A stretch of 64,000 nt of DNA, taken from positions 738 through 64,737 of the forward strand of contig CAZJGC010000003.1 of the NCBI GenBank assembly GCA_964545795.1, written 5' to 3'. Made by a program: the position numbers and the translations under genes. Positions 9,668 through 19,987 of this stretch are shown one piece after another. The notes beneath the pieces were generated by a model. That model saw nothing but the letters and a program-made list of their open reading frames with translations. It made no database searches and was not told the origin of the DNA. Position 1 is the stretch's first letter. Each line of letters opens with the position of its first letter. This DNA is from an uncultured archaeon. Lineage in GTDB: Archaea > Aenigmatarchaeota > Aenigmatarchaeia > Aenigmatarchaeales > DAIDAN01.

Positions 9668-10384
9668 TTATGAGAATTTATTGTGCAAAATTTCTATAAT
9701 TTTTTCTTCAGGTGTCAATGTTATAGCTACAGGTATTCTTTCAACAAAAGCTATTCTTTTCGCGATTTCATCAACGGATTTTATATTTACAAATATTACA
9801 ATTCCTGGTTTAAGATTGGATACTTTTATGGCTATCATTGGGCTTCTTCCGCGTTTAAGATTAGTGAATATAAGAGCCCTTTCTGTTGTCAATCCATACA
9901 ATTTTACAAGGTCTGTTGGAGGCAAATTTATTATTGCTTTAAGGCTGTCTATTATTGTATATCCATAAATATTATTATTTGACAATTCTTCATGAACAAC
10001 AACATCAGCTCCAATAATTTTGCAGAAATTTTTTATTGAAACAGGTTTGTTAAATTCTTTTAAACTTATAACAGCATCAGATAAAATTGTTTCTGTTGGA
10101 AGAGAAGAGAAATATTTTATAATATTTCCGCCATTTCTTTCATCAATATTTATAAGGGCTTCAACTATGCGTTTTATAATTTTTATTCCCGGACTTTTTC
10201 TTCTGCCTGATTCATAATCACTTATAACAGACGGCATTATATGCATTTCATCTGCAAGAGTTTTTTGCGATAATTTAAAAATATTTCTCCATTTTTGTAT
10301 TGTTTTTCCATGGTCATTGCTTAATACAATTTCTCCTGCTATTCTTTTTAGTAAATTTTCTTTTGCTAATGAATTTTTATCCAT
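9668..10384 (-). CDS. Archaeal XRE-family HTH transcription regulator (COG1709-like)
   Basis: IAGEIVLS, SVISDYESGRRKSPG, GYTIIDS, GRSPMIAIKV. Confidence 0.85.
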   Translation of the reverse strand: MDKNSLAKENLLKRIAGEIVLSNDHGKTIQKWRNIFKLSQKTLADEMHIMPSVISDYESGRRKSPGIKIIKRIVEALINIDERNGGNIIKYFSSLPTETILSDAVISLKEFNKPVSIKNFCKIIGADVVVHEELSNNNIYGYTIIDSLKAIINLPPTDLVKLYGLTTERALIFTNLKRGRSPMIAIKVSNLKPGIVIFVNIKSVDEIAKRIAFVERIPVAITLTPEEKIIEILHNKFS

Positions 10385-10466
10385 ATAAGTATATTGACGA
10401 TAGTCATTTAAATAATTAACGAATGTTATATTAAAACTTTATATAATTAGCAAACAAAATAACTAT

Positions 10467-11018
10467 ATGAGCATAGCAACTGATAAAATATTGGTAAAGG
10501 ATGCAATGAGAAAAAAGGTTTTTACAACAACTGTTGATGAGAGTGTTTTAGATGTTGCCATAAAATTAAAAAATAACGGTGTAGGAAGTCTTGTTGTTAT
10601 GGATGGTGAAAAACCTATAGGAATAATAACAAGAGAAGATATTTCAGATAAGGTTGCTGCTCAGGATAAAAAGGCGTCGGAAGTTAAAGTAAAAGATGTT
10701 ATGAATCAGCCATTAATATCATGTTCTTCTAATGATGATATAAATAGCGTTTCAAAAATTATGGTAAAGTATGGTTATAGAAGAATACCTGTTATAGATA
10801 ATGGAAAACTTGTTGGTATCATATCAGCAAAGGAAATATTGAAAATTTCCCCTGTTCTTGTAGATGTTTTTAAAGAGTATCTTGAAAGAAAATATTCTCC
10901 TGATAAAGAAGAAAGCATGGAAGGCGGGACATGTGAGATGTGCGACAATTATTCTGAAAGTTTGACAAATGTTAATGATAAATGGATATGCGAAGCATGC
11001 AAGGAAGAGAGCGAGTGA
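10467..11018 (+). CDS. CBS-pair protein with C-terminal Zn ribbon
   Basis: Two CBS repeats; CEMC...CEAC. Confidence 0.9.
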   Translation: MSIATDKILVKDAMRKKVFTTTVDESVLDVAIKLKNNGVGSLVVMDGEKPIGIITREDISDKVAAQDKKASEVKVKDVMNQPLISCSSNDDINSVSKIMVKYGYRRIPVIDNGKLVGIISAKEILKISPVLVDVFKEYLERKYSPDKEESMEGGTCEMCDNYSESLTNVNDKWICEACKEESE

Positions 11019-11020
11019 TA

Positions 11021-11248
11021 ATGCTTGTAAATGCCAAAGTGAAGACAGGCGCAAAAAAATTTTCTGTGAAATTTGAAAATAATATATTATTTATATCATT
11101 AACAGAGCAGCCTGAAAATAATAAAGCAAATATAGAACTTATAAAACAACTGACAAAAGTTTTTGGACCATGTAGAATTGTGAAAGGGTTGCGCTCAAAA
11201 AACAAGGTTATTGAGTTTGAAGCAGATAAAATTAAATTTTCAGATTAG
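11021..11248 (+). CDS. DUF167 (YggU) family protein
   Basis: VKTGAK, PENNKANIELI, IVKGLRSKNK. Confidence 0.85.
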   Translation: MLVNAKVKTGAKKFSVKFENNILFISLTEQPENNKANIELIKQLTKVFGPCRIVKGLRSKNKVIEFEADKIKFSD

Positions 11249-11432
11249 TTTCTGTTTGCTCTGCATATGTTTAAATATTTTAAAATTCTATAACTATTAT
11301 TGAAACCGGAAAAGCTGGTAAAAATTAAATTAATCAATTAATATCATTTATAATCATTAGTAAATCAATAACAAACAGGAAATTAGACATAACAGCTCTT
11401 TCTCGGTTTAAAAAACGAAAAGGTGATTGTTT

Positions 11433-12632
11433 ATGGCTAAATTGGCTCAAACAACTTCAAAATATACTATTTACGCGAAATTTGAAGCTGACGGCACTGT
11501 TGAAAAACCTGATGTAATAGGCGCTGTTTTCGGGCAGACAGAAGGCTTGCTCGGACAGGAACTTGATTTAAGGGAACTTCAGAGAACAGGGAGAATAGGA
11601 AGAATAGATGTTGAATTGACTTCAAAGAACGGCAAAGTGTCAGGAAAAATAATTATTCCTTCTTCGCTTGATGGAAGTGAGACAGCGCTGATAGGCGCAT
11701 GCATGGAAACAATAGAACGTGTTGGGCCATGCAATGCAACTGTTGTGGTTGAAAAAATAGAAGATGTGAGGGCGGTAAAGAGAAGATATGTTATAGACAG
11801 GGCGAAAGAACTTCTTGAAAGCCTTTATGATATTGGAATGGAAGCAGAGGAAATATCGGAGCAAATAAAAGAGGCTGTGAGGTCAAGCGAAATAACAACA
11901 TATCAGGGCTTGCCTGCAGGACCTAAAATAACAAGTTCTGATAATATTATAGTTGTTGAAGGACGCGCAGATGTTGTTAATTTGTTAAGATGCGGCATTA
12001 AAAATGTCATAGCAATAGAAGGCACAAGCATACCTGAAGCCATAATAAATCTTTCAAAGGAAAAAACAATGACAGTTTTTTTGGACGGAGACAGGGGCGG
12101 AGATTTAATTTTAAAGGAAATGCTTGCTGTGTGCGAGGTTGATTTCATAGCTCGCGCAACAAGGGGCAAGGAAGTTGAAGACCTGACAAAGAAAGAAATA
12201 TATAAATGTTTGAGAGCTCAGATGCCTGTTGACCAATACAAAGAGGAATTTAATTTGGAGAAAGGAAAGAGAGGAAATTCAAAACAGGCAAATACAAGGC
12301 AGGCAGATGCAAAACAGATAAACAAAAATGCGAAGATTGGAAAGGAGAAAATGGCAAACATAAAGAAATTGCTGGAGGAATTGACGGGAACAAGAGCTGC
12401 CTGTTTCTTGGATGAAGACATGAACATTACAAAGAGAATGCCTGTTAAGGATATGTTCAATGCCATGAAAGAGGTGCACCCGTTTGCATTGGTTTTTGAC
12501 GGAGAGATAGACCAGAAACTTGTTACATTTTCATCTCAAAGAAATGTCAGATATATTGTCGGCATGAAGACAAGGGGAAGAATCGCAGTTCCAGATAATA
12601 TGCAGGTGTTCACTATTGACACCCTGCAATAA
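11433..12632 (+). CDS. dnaG: Archaeal DnaG (TOPRIM, exosome-associated)
   Basis: VEKPDVIGAVFGQTEGLLG, VVEGRADV, DGDRGG. Confidence 0.96.
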   Translation: MAKLAQTTSKYTIYAKFEADGTVEKPDVIGAVFGQTEGLLGQELDLRELQRTGRIGRIDVELTSKNGKVSGKIIIPSSLDGSETALIGACMETIERVGPCNATVVVEKIEDVRAVKRRYVIDRAKELLESLYDIGMEAEEISEQIKEAVRSSEITTYQGLPAGPKITSSDNIIVVEGRADVVNLLRCGIKNVIAIEGTSIPEAIINLSKEKTMTVFLDGDRGGDLILKEMLAVCEVDFIARATRGKEVEDLTKKEIYKCLRAQMPVDQYKEEFNLEKGKRGNSKQANTRQADAKQINKNAKIGKEKMANIKKLLEELTGTRAACFLDEDMNITKRMPVKDMFNAMKEVHPFALVFDGEIDQKLVTFSSQRNVRYIVGMKTRGRIAVPDNMQVFTIDTLQ

Positions 12633-12662
12633 TTTTTTATTTATATTTTTTAATTTTATAAC

Positions 12663-13673
12663 ATGAATGAAGTGGAAAATAGAATAAGAAATCTAAATAT
12701 ATTGAAGGGCAAGGTTGATATAGTACTTCTTGCTAACATGGATAACCCGTGCAAGGATGCAAATTTTATTTATTTTGCAGCAACCGATTCTGATTATTCT
12801 TTTTTTCTATATGATTTTTCAAGAGCCGAGATAGTTACAAACAGGCTGGAATTTCCAAAAATAAAGAAAGAGTCAAAAATAAGAGATGTTAAGGTTCCTG
12901 AAAAAATGCTTGAATATTTGAGTCATAAACTAAGCAATAAAAGAGTTGGTGTTGATTCAAACCTTTCATTCTTTCTTGCAAGGAAACTGAAAATAAAACC
13001 TGTTGACATAACAAAGGAACTTGAAGGCATAAGGTCTGTTAAGTCAGAATTAGAAGTAAAAAACATAAAAAAAGCATGCAAAATAACAAGCAATATAATG
13101 GAAGCTTTGAATGATTTTATAAAACCTGGATTGTCTGAGAACAAAATAAGAATGCATATAAGAAAAATGATAATTGAAGCAGGCGCATCAGAAGCAATGT
13201 TTGATGTAATTGTAAGTTCTGGGCATAACACATCAGTTCCGCATTCGCTTAATGCAGACAGAAAAATAAAGAGCAATGATATTGTTATGGTTGATTTTGG
13301 ATGCAGATATAAAAACTATCATTCGGACATGACAAGAATGTTTTTTCTTGGAAGCAATAAACACAGAATTCGTTATGAAATGCTGGAGTCATTGTTAGAT
13401 GAAGTAAAAGATTTTATTCATGTCGGAATGAGGGCAGGAGATGTTGATGAGTTTATAAGAAGCAGGCTTGGAGAGAGATTTATACATGCAGCAGGGCATG
13501 GTTTGGGTCTGCTGCCGCATGAAACGCCTGTTATTTCCGAGAAATCAGATGATATATTAAAAGAGAACATGGTGTTTGCAATTGAACCCGGCATTTATTT
13601 TAAGAACTATGGTTTGCGTATAGAGGACACAGTTTTATTAACAAGAAAAGGTATAAAAACTTTGACGAAATAA
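12663..13673 (+). CDS. Xaa-Pro aminopeptidase/dipeptidase (M24)
   Basis: DFG...SDMTR, HAAGHGLG..HE, EPGIY, RIED. Confidence 0.93.
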   Translation: MNEVENRIRNLNILKGKVDIVLLANMDNPCKDANFIYFAATDSDYSFFLYDFSRAEIVTNRLEFPKIKKESKIRDVKVPEKMLEYLSHKLSNKRVGVDSNLSFFLARKLKIKPVDITKELEGIRSVKSELEVKNIKKACKITSNIMEALNDFIKPGLSENKIRMHIRKMIIEAGASEAMFDVIVSSGHNTSVPHSLNADRKIKSNDIVMVDFGCRYKNYHSDMTRMFFLGSNKHRIRYEMLESLLDEVKDFIHVGMRAGDVDEFIRSRLGERFIHAAGHGLGLLPHETPVISEKSDDILKENMVFAIEPGIYFKNYGLRIEDTVLLTRKGIKTLTK

Positions 13674-13689
13674 TTTGATGGGTGTTGCT

Positions 13690-14724
13690 ATGAAGAAAAT
13701 ATTAAAGGCTCTTGTTGAGGCGCAATCTGTAACAGGAAGAGAAAACAATGTAAGAAACATTATGAAAAAAGAGTTTGAGAAATCATGCGATTCGGTTGAA
13801 GTAAATAAAATGGGAAATATTATAGCAAAAAAAGGCAAAGGCAAAATAAAACTGATGTTTGTTTCTCATATGGATGAAGTTGGCCTGATGGTGAAATATG
13901 TAACAGAAAACGGGTTTCTTAGATTTGATCCTCTTGGCGGAATAGACCAGCGTTCTCTTCTTGCCCAAAAAGTTCGCGTGTATGCTGACAATGGCAAAGT
14001 GTTTGTTGGAGTTATAGGAAGCAAGCCAATTCATATTCAGGAAAGAGAAGAGCAGGAGAAGGTTATAAAAATGAAGAGGCTTTTTATTGATGTTGGCGCA
14101 GGAAGCAGAAAAGAAGTTGAGAAAATGGGAATTAAGCCCGGTGCATTTGTTGGTTTGTACAGGGAGTTTTCAGAACTTGCAGACAATAAAGTTACTGGAA
14201 ACGGATTGGATAACAGGGCAGGTTGCGCAGTGTTAATAGAATTAATGAAAAGAGTGAAGCCGAAAAACTGCACAATATATGCTGTTGGTTCTGTGCAGGA
14301 AGAAAAGGGATTGATAGGAGCAAGAGGCACAATATTTCAGATAAATCCTGATGTAGTAATTGGCGTTGATACAACTATAGCAGGAGATACTCCTGAGATT
14401 GAGGAGGCGGACGCGCCTGTTAAAATAGGAGAAGGGCCTGTTATAGTTTTAATGGACGGATATTCTGTTATACATCCTTCAGTAAAGAAATGGATTATGG
14501 AAACTGCAGAAAGAAATAAAATAAAGTATCAATTTGAATTGTCTCCAAATGCTGGAATGGATTCTTCTGTGGCGGCAATAATAAGGGAAGGCATTCCGGC
14601 AGCAGGAATAGCAGTGCCTACAAGGTATCTGCATACAGGAGTTGAAGTTTTAAGCATGAAAGATTTGGAAAGCGTTGCAGGTTTGCTGGAGCATATAGTT
14701 AAAACAGTTGACAAATATTTTTAG
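13690..14724 (+). CDS. M42 family aminopeptidase (TET)
   Basis: SHMDEVG, LDNRAG, QEE.G, RYLHT. Confidence 0.95.
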   Translation: MKKILKALVEAQSVTGRENNVRNIMKKEFEKSCDSVEVNKMGNIIAKKGKGKIKLMFVSHMDEVGLMVKYVTENGFLRFDPLGGIDQRSLLAQKVRVYADNGKVFVGVIGSKPIHIQEREEQEKVIKMKRLFIDVGAGSRKEVEKMGIKPGAFVGLYREFSELADNKVTGNGLDNRAGCAVLIELMKRVKPKNCTIYAVGSVQEEKGLIGARGTIFQINPDVVIGVDTTIAGDTPEIEEADAPVKIGEGPVIVLMDGYSVIHPSVKKWIMETAERNKIKYQFELSPNAGMDSSVAAIIREGIPAAGIAVPTRYLHTGVEVLSMKDLESVAGLLEHIVKTVDKYF

Positions 14725-14733
14725 TTGATTAAA

Positions 14734-15657
14734 ATGAATCTGGAGCAGACACTCAAAAACATTTTTAATATTAAGAAAAATGAAAAGGTTGTAATTTTAA
14801 CAGATAAACTTGAAATTAAGAATGCAAAGTTGTTTTTCAATGCTGCAAAAAAACTTTCTGAGAATACGCGGATTTTGGTAAAACCTGTTGGAGACCACAG
14901 CGGTCAGGAGCCAAGTCCAGAGATAGCAAGAGAGATGAAAAATTCAGATGTTCTTATAATTGTTACTACGCATTCGCTAACGCATACAAAAGCGGTTGCA
15001 TCTGCAAGAAAAAAGGGAGTTAGAATATCTTCAATGCCGGGTTTTCAGAAAAAAATGATAAGGGCTTTGAATGCCAACCCTTTGGAAATGAAAAAAACAG
15101 GAATTAAAATCAGGAATGCTCTTGAAAAAGCGAAGATGTTGAATGTAGTTTCAGATTCGGGCACCGATATATCATTTAAAGTCAGGAAGAAAATTGAAAT
15201 AGATTATGGGTTGTTCAGAAAAAAAGGAGATATTGGAAATCTGCCTGCTGGAGAAGTTTATTTTGCCCCTATTGAAGGAAGTTCAAACGGAAAGATTGTT
15301 ATTGATTCAATGAAAAACTGCAAATGTTTTGCAAAGAAAGGAACTGTTGTTACAGTGAAAGATGGAAAGGTTGTTGACATTTCTGATAAAAAATCAACTC
15401 TTGCAAAATACCTGAGTAAAATAAAAAACGCGGACAATATTGCAGAGTTTGGCATAGGAATAAACAGAAAGGCAAAAGTAATAGGGTTTATATTGCAGGA
15501 TGAAAAAGCTTCCGGCACATGCCATATAGCATTCGGAAACAGCAAAGCCATAGGAGGTAAAGTTTATTCTGAAATACATGTTGATGCGATAATATTCAAA
15601 CCGACAATATATGCCGATGAAAAAATAATAATGAAAAAAGGGAGACTTGTTGTATAG
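14734..15657 (+). CDS. M29 family aminopeptidase
   Basis: NLPAGEVY, IAEFGIG, DEK..GTCHIAFG, HVD. Confidence 0.92.
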   Translation: MNLEQTLKNIFNIKKNEKVVILTDKLEIKNAKLFFNAAKKLSENTRILVKPVGDHSGQEPSPEIAREMKNSDVLIIVTTHSLTHTKAVASARKKGVRISSMPGFQKKMIRALNANPLEMKKTGIKIRNALEKAKMLNVVSDSGTDISFKVRKKIEIDYGLFRKKGDIGNLPAGEVYFAPIEGSSNGKIVIDSMKNCKCFAKKGTVVTVKDGKVVDISDKKSTLAKYLSKIKNADNIAEFGIGINRKAKVIGFILQDEKASGTCHIAFGNSKAIGGKVYSEIHVDAIIFKPTIYADEKIIMKKGRLVV

Positions 15658-15660
15658 TTT

Positions 15661-15975
15661 TTATTCCAGCAACTTCTCAATTTTTGCTTTCAATGCTTCT
15701 TTTCCACCGAAACCTATCATAGTGTCAACATGCTTTCCGTCTTTAAAGAACAGCACTGTTGGTATTGACATTATTCCAAATTTTGCTGTTGTTTGCGGAT
15801 TTTTGTCAACATCAAGTTTGCCAAACGAAACATTTTTTATTTCTTCTGACAACTCGTCTATTATAGGAGAAAGCATTTTGCAAGGACCGCACCAGTCTGC
15901 GTAACAGTCAAGAACCACATTGCCTTTTTTTATAAATTCCTCAAGATTAGAGTCATTCACAGTTTCAACAGCCAT
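15661..15975 (-). CDS. trxA: Thioredoxin
   Basis: WCGPC active site, SIPT. Confidence 0.97.
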   Translation of the reverse strand: MAVETVNDSNLEEFIKKGNVVLDCYADWCGPCKMLSPIIDELSEEIKNVSFGKLDVDKNPQTTAKFGIMSIPTVLFFKDGKHVDTMIGFGGKEALKAKIEKLLE

Positions 15976-15979
15976 TTAT

Positions 15980-17242
15980 TCACCCCTCTTTTTTATTATT
16001 ATCAATTGTTTTATATTTATTTATGCATTCATTCAAATCATCTATGGCAAACAACAACGGATTTTTCTGTCCCTTTATTTTTTCCCATGTATCTTTTTTC
16101 AGGCAGATTTTTAGCGGAATTTTCAGTTTTTTGCATGCCTTTTCCAGAGCAAAAAATGTTTCACTTGGCTTTAAAAAGCAAAAATATTTTTTGTATTTTT
16201 GGCTTCTCAAATAGTTTTCAACCCTTTTTGCAGTAATTTTAATATAAAGTTTTTTTATTTCTTCTGTCTCTTCCCATTCAGGCCAGTCATAATTTGCAAA
16301 CGGATATTTTCCTGAGAATTCATAAGGTATTACTCCAGGAGAACTTATTACAACAATATGAAAATTTTTAGGAACCAATTTCAGAATTTCTTTGTGCAAT
16401 CTTGATCTTGAATATGGTTTTGTGTATGTGCATGGAACAAATAAAACATAATTTTTTTCTTTCGGTCTTTCATAAAATCTGCAGAAATAATCCTGCCATA
16501 CTTCAAAGTGCGGGTGCAGCAATTCATTTTTTGTCGCTCCTCTTATCTGTTCCTGCTTGTTTTTTGGAATTCTTGGAACAAATGCAAAATTGTCAAAATC
16601 AGTTTCCACATTCTTGAAAGGTTTCACTGTTTTCTCAAACTGTTTTTTATCAAGAGGTTTCCACTTTCCTTTTATCCAGAGTTCATATATAGGGGCAAGA
16701 GAGTGCGGAAATGTGTTTATAAGAACAATTTCATCTGAATATTTTCTTGCAAAATCAACAGATTTTTTCAGGTTGTTTTTAAATGGTAAACCAACCATCA
16801 AATAAGTTCTTAACTTGCAGTTATTTCTCTTCAATACCTTTGCCGCCCTGATATAATCTTCTGTTGTAAAACCTTTGTTGTATTTTTTTAATACCTCGTT
16901 GTCCGCAGACTCCAGACCTATTGCTACAGTCAGTTTTGTTTGCGAAAAATCTTTCAGGTTTTCATCTGTTATAAATTCCGGTCTTGATTCAATTGTGAGT
17001 TCAATGCCTTTGCATTTTCCTGCAAGATATTTTCTTATTGTTCTCGGAAATTGATTGTCATCAAGAAACGAACCGGATGCAAACACCTTTAGTTTTTTAA
17101 ATTTGTTTTTTCTGAAGAAATTGTCTATTTCTTTTTTAAGTTCATGAATTGATTTCTTTCTTGCTTCCATTCTTCCCCATCCGCAGGCAAAACATTTTCC
17201 CCAAGAGCATTTTCCGCTGTTTAAAATCAAGATTTTTTCCAT
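15980..17242 (-). CDS. Radical SAM protein (RaSEA-like) fused to an ArcS-like DUF5591 domain; probable archaeosine synthesis
   Basis: CSWGKCFAC, SGSFLD, ESRPEFI, GLES, NKGF in the N-half; PCTYTKPYSRSRLH, SSPGVIP, YDW in the C-half. Confidence 0.8.
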   Translation of the reverse strand: MEKILILNSGKCSWGKCFACGWGRMEARKKSIHELKKEIDNFFRKNKFKKLKVFASGSFLDDNQFPRTIRKYLAGKCKGIELTIESRPEFITDENLKDFSQTKLTVAIGLESADNEVLKKYNKGFTTEDYIRAAKVLKRNNCKLRTYLMVGLPFKNNLKKSVDFARKYSDEIVLINTFPHSLAPIYELWIKGKWKPLDKKQFEKTVKPFKNVETDFDNFAFVPRIPKNKQEQIRGATKNELLHPHFEVWQDYFCRFYERPKEKNYVLFVPCTYTKPYSRSRLHKEILKLVPKNFHIVVISSPGVIPYEFSGKYPFANYDWPEWEETEEIKKLYIKITAKRVENYLRSQKYKKYFCFLKPSETFFALEKACKKLKIPLKICLKKDTWEKIKGQKNPLLFAIDDLNECINKYKTIDNNKKEG

Positions 17243-17294
17243 GTTGTTAATTGTATTTTATTGTTTTATAAGAGTTGCGGGCAATATTTTTAGT

Positions 17295-17942
17295 ATGCAG
17301 ATAGGCAGAATATTAAATAAACTGAAAAGAGAGGTTCTTTCTTGCAACATTCCTGCAGTTGATTTGGTGTGCATGAAAACAGCAGACCCTTACAAAACGC
17401 TTGTAACAGCAATTCTTTCTGCGCGCACAAAAGATGAAACAACATTGTCTGCTGCCAGAAGACTGTTTTTAAAAGCCAAGAATTTATGCATGTTGGAAAA
17501 ACTAAAAGTTAGAGATATTGAAAAGTTAATTTATCCTGTTGGTTTCTATAAAAACAAAGCAAGGGCTTTGAAGCAAATGCCTAAAATCATTAATAAGAAT
17601 TTTAATGGAAAAATTCCTGATACATTTGAAAATCTGATAGAACTTCCCGGAGTTGGGAGAAAAACAGCCAATCTTGTTTTGGCAGTATCTTTTAATAAAC
17701 ATGCTATTTGTGTTGATACTCATGTTCACAGGATAATGAACAGAATAGGATATGTAAAAACAGAAACTCCGCATGAAACAGAGATTGAGTTAAGAAAAAA
17801 ATTGCCTAAAAAATACTGGAGAAGTATAAATTCAATTCTTGTCGCTTTTGGCCAGAACATATGCAGACCTGTTTCTCCGTTTTGCAGCAAATGCGTTATA
17901 AGAAAATATTGCAATAAAGTTGGGGTTAAGAGGCGCAGGTGA
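17295..17942 (+). CDS. nth: Endonuclease III
   Basis: HhH LPGVGRKTAN, VDTHV, Fe-S motif C-x6-C-x2-C-x5-C. Confidence 0.96.
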   Translation: MQIGRILNKLKREVLSCNIPAVDLVCMKTADPYKTLVTAILSARTKDETTLSAARRLFLKAKNLCMLEKLKVRDIEKLIYPVGFYKNKARALKQMPKIINKNFNGKIPDTFENLIELPGVGRKTANLVLAVSFNKHAICVDTHVHRIMNRIGYVKTETPHETEIELRKKLPKKYWRSINSILVAFGQNICRPVSPFCSKCVIRKYCNKVGVKRRR

Positions 17943-17946
17943 GCAA

Positions 17947-18555
17947 ATGAACGCACTTGTTAAAAGAGTAGAAAGGCTGAAAAATAAAAATGTAAGAAAA
18001 TTAATAGATGAGAGAATAAATGAATTTAGAAAAATTGGCAGGAAAACATATAAAGAAATATTTGTTGAACTTTGTTTCTGCATTTTAACGGCGAATTTTA
18101 ATGCTGAAAAAACAATATTGATTCAGGAAAAAATAGGGGACGGTTTTTTAACGCTTTCTCAACGCCAACTTGCAAAAAAATTAAAAAATCTCGGTTACCG
18201 TTATCCCAATATCAGGGCAAGGTATATCGTTGAAGCAAGAAAACATGATTTAATGAAAATTCTAAAAACCAAAAACCCGAGAAAAACGCTTGTTGAAAAT
18301 GTGAAAGGCATTGGTTGCAAAGAGGCAAGTCATTTTTTAAGAAACATTGGGTATGAAAATTTTGCTATATTGGATTTTCATATACTTGATATTCTTGCAA
18401 GGCATGGTTTAATAAAACCTGTAAAAGTTTTGTCAAAGAAAAAATATATTAAGATAGAAGAAAAACTTAAGAAAATTGCATGTAAACTAAATCTGACTTT
18501 GGCTGAACTTGATTTGTATTTATGGTATCTTGAGACAGGCAGAGTGTTGAAATAA
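17947..18555 (+). CDS. ogg: 8-oxoguanine N-glycosylase/DNA lyase (Ogg2)
   Basis: ELCFCILTAN, KGIGCKEASHFLRNIG, ILDFH, LDLYLWY, C-terminal K. Confidence 0.93.
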   Translation: MNALVKRVERLKNKNVRKLIDERINEFRKIGRKTYKEIFVELCFCILTANFNAEKTILIQEKIGDGFLTLSQRQLAKKLKNLGYRYPNIRARYIVEARKHDLMKILKTKNPRKTLVENVKGIGCKEASHFLRNIGYENFAILDFHILDILARHGLIKPVKVLSKKKYIKIEEKLKKIACKLNLTLAELDLYLWYLETGRVLK

Positions 18556-18613
18556 AGTTAATTTTATAAATGGCTAAAAGAAGTATAATATATAATTTTT
18601 ATGGGGTGTAAGC

Positions 18614-19987
18614 ATGAAAAAAATACTTATTGCGTCTATTTTGGTTTTATTTATTCTTCCTGTTCTAGTTCATGCTCAAGTTGAACCAAAAATTAAAACC
18701 CTTGTTTTTGTTGGAAAAGGAATTGCAGTTTCTCCTAATGATCCATTAGACTTTAGAATGGTTAAGGCAGGCGTTGGCAGCGTAAAGGTTTCATTGGCGG
18801 GAGAAACAACTGAATTAAAAGTCGGAGTACTTATTCTTGACGGAGAGAAATATAAATTAAAAAACATTGTAGATGATTCAGATGGCGGAGTTTCCGGTGA
18901 TGTTTACAGAAACAATTCGCGGGTTGGCTCGTTTTCTGTTTCATCAGTTTTAAAAGATGATATAACTGTATGGGCTGGCAAATTAGAAGTAAATGGAGAG
19001 ACATTCAATCTCTATATATTAGAGGCATCAAGAAAAGCAAGACCTGATGAAATAAGAGAGAAAATATCTGATTATTGCAAAGCCAATAAAAATGACCCTA
19101 ATTGCAGGCAGAGAATGGCTGAATATTGCAAAAACAATTTAGATGATTCCAGATGCAAAGAGATTTTTAGAAGATATTGCAAAAACAATTTAGATGATTC
19201 CAGATGCAGAGAGTATATTAGGAGTTACTGTGATAAAAATCCTGAAATAGAAGATTGCAGGGTTTTTGTTGTAAAGAGGACGGCTAAATTCTGCAAGGAG
19301 CATCCAAATTCAGAACATTGTATAGAGATAGAAAAAAGATTGGTTGAATGGTGCTTGAAAAACCCTCAAACACAGAGATGCAAGAAGTTCTGTTCAGAAC
19401 ATCCAAAGAAATGTTTGAAGGTTGTTAAAAGTCTTGCAGACTTTTGTATGGAAAATCCGGAAAATAAACATTGTGTGAGATATTGCAAAGAACATCCTGT
19501 AGCATGCAAGAAGTTAGCAAAGAATTTGGTTGAATTGTGTGCAAAGAATCCTGATAGCACAAAATGTATTGACTATTGCAAGGAGCATCCTGTAGCATGC
19601 AAAAAAGTGACGGCTGAGTTAGCAAACTTTTGTATTGGAAGGGAAAACAATCCAAGATGCGTGAGTTTTTGCAAAGAACATGAAAACGCTTGTAAGAAAG
19701 TTTCCATAGAGTTGGAAGGTTATTGCGCTAAACACGCAGACACATTGGCATGCAAGCGATTTTGTGAAAAATTCCCGGAAAAATGCAAAGTTGCAAAGCC
19801 AGTTGAAGTTGAGATAGAAGGAAAGGATACAAGCGTATTGGCAGGCGAAACAAAACAGGTTGAGCAAAACACAGGTGAAACAGACGTAATAACCACGGCA
19901 ACAGGTAACAGCACAACGGTTGAGTCTGCAGGCGAAGCAGAAAAGACAACAGCAGAACATACAATAGAAACAAACGGTGGGGAGTAA
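18614..19987 (+). CDS. Secreted Cys-rich repeat protein
   Basis: Signal peptide, beta-rich N-domain, 15 Cx8C/Cx6C pairs, Thr/Glu-rich tail. Confidence 0.85.
   Translation: MKKILIASILVLFILPVLVHAQVEPKIKTLVFVGKGIAVSPNDPLDFRMVKAGVGSVKVSLAGETTELKVGVLILDGEKYKLKNIVDDSDGGVSGDVYRNNSRVGSFSVSSVLKDDITVWAGKLEVNGETFNLYILEASRKARPDEIREKISDYCKANKNDPNCRQRMAEYCKNNLDDSRCKEIFRRYCKNNLDDSRCREYIRSYCDKNPEIEDCRVFVVKRTAKFCKEHPNSEHCIEIEKRLVEWCLKNPQTQRCKKFCSEHPKKCLKVVKSLADFCMENPENKHCVRYCKEHPVACKKLAKNLVELCAKNPDSTKCIDYCKEHPVACKKVTAELANFCIGRENNPRCVSFCKEHENACKKVSIELEGYCAKHADTLACKRFCEKFPEKCKVAKPVEVEIEGKDTSVLAGETKQVEQNTGETDVITTATGNSTTVESAGEAEKTTAEHTIETNGGE
19123..19208 (+). repeat. 35-bp exact direct repeat with 51-bp (17-aa) period
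   Basis: ATATTGCAAAAACAATTTAGATGATTCCAGATGCA at 19123-19157 and 19174-19208. Confidence 0.95.

Noticed and set aside
18614..19987. Multiheme cytochrome
   Set aside because: No CxxCH motifs
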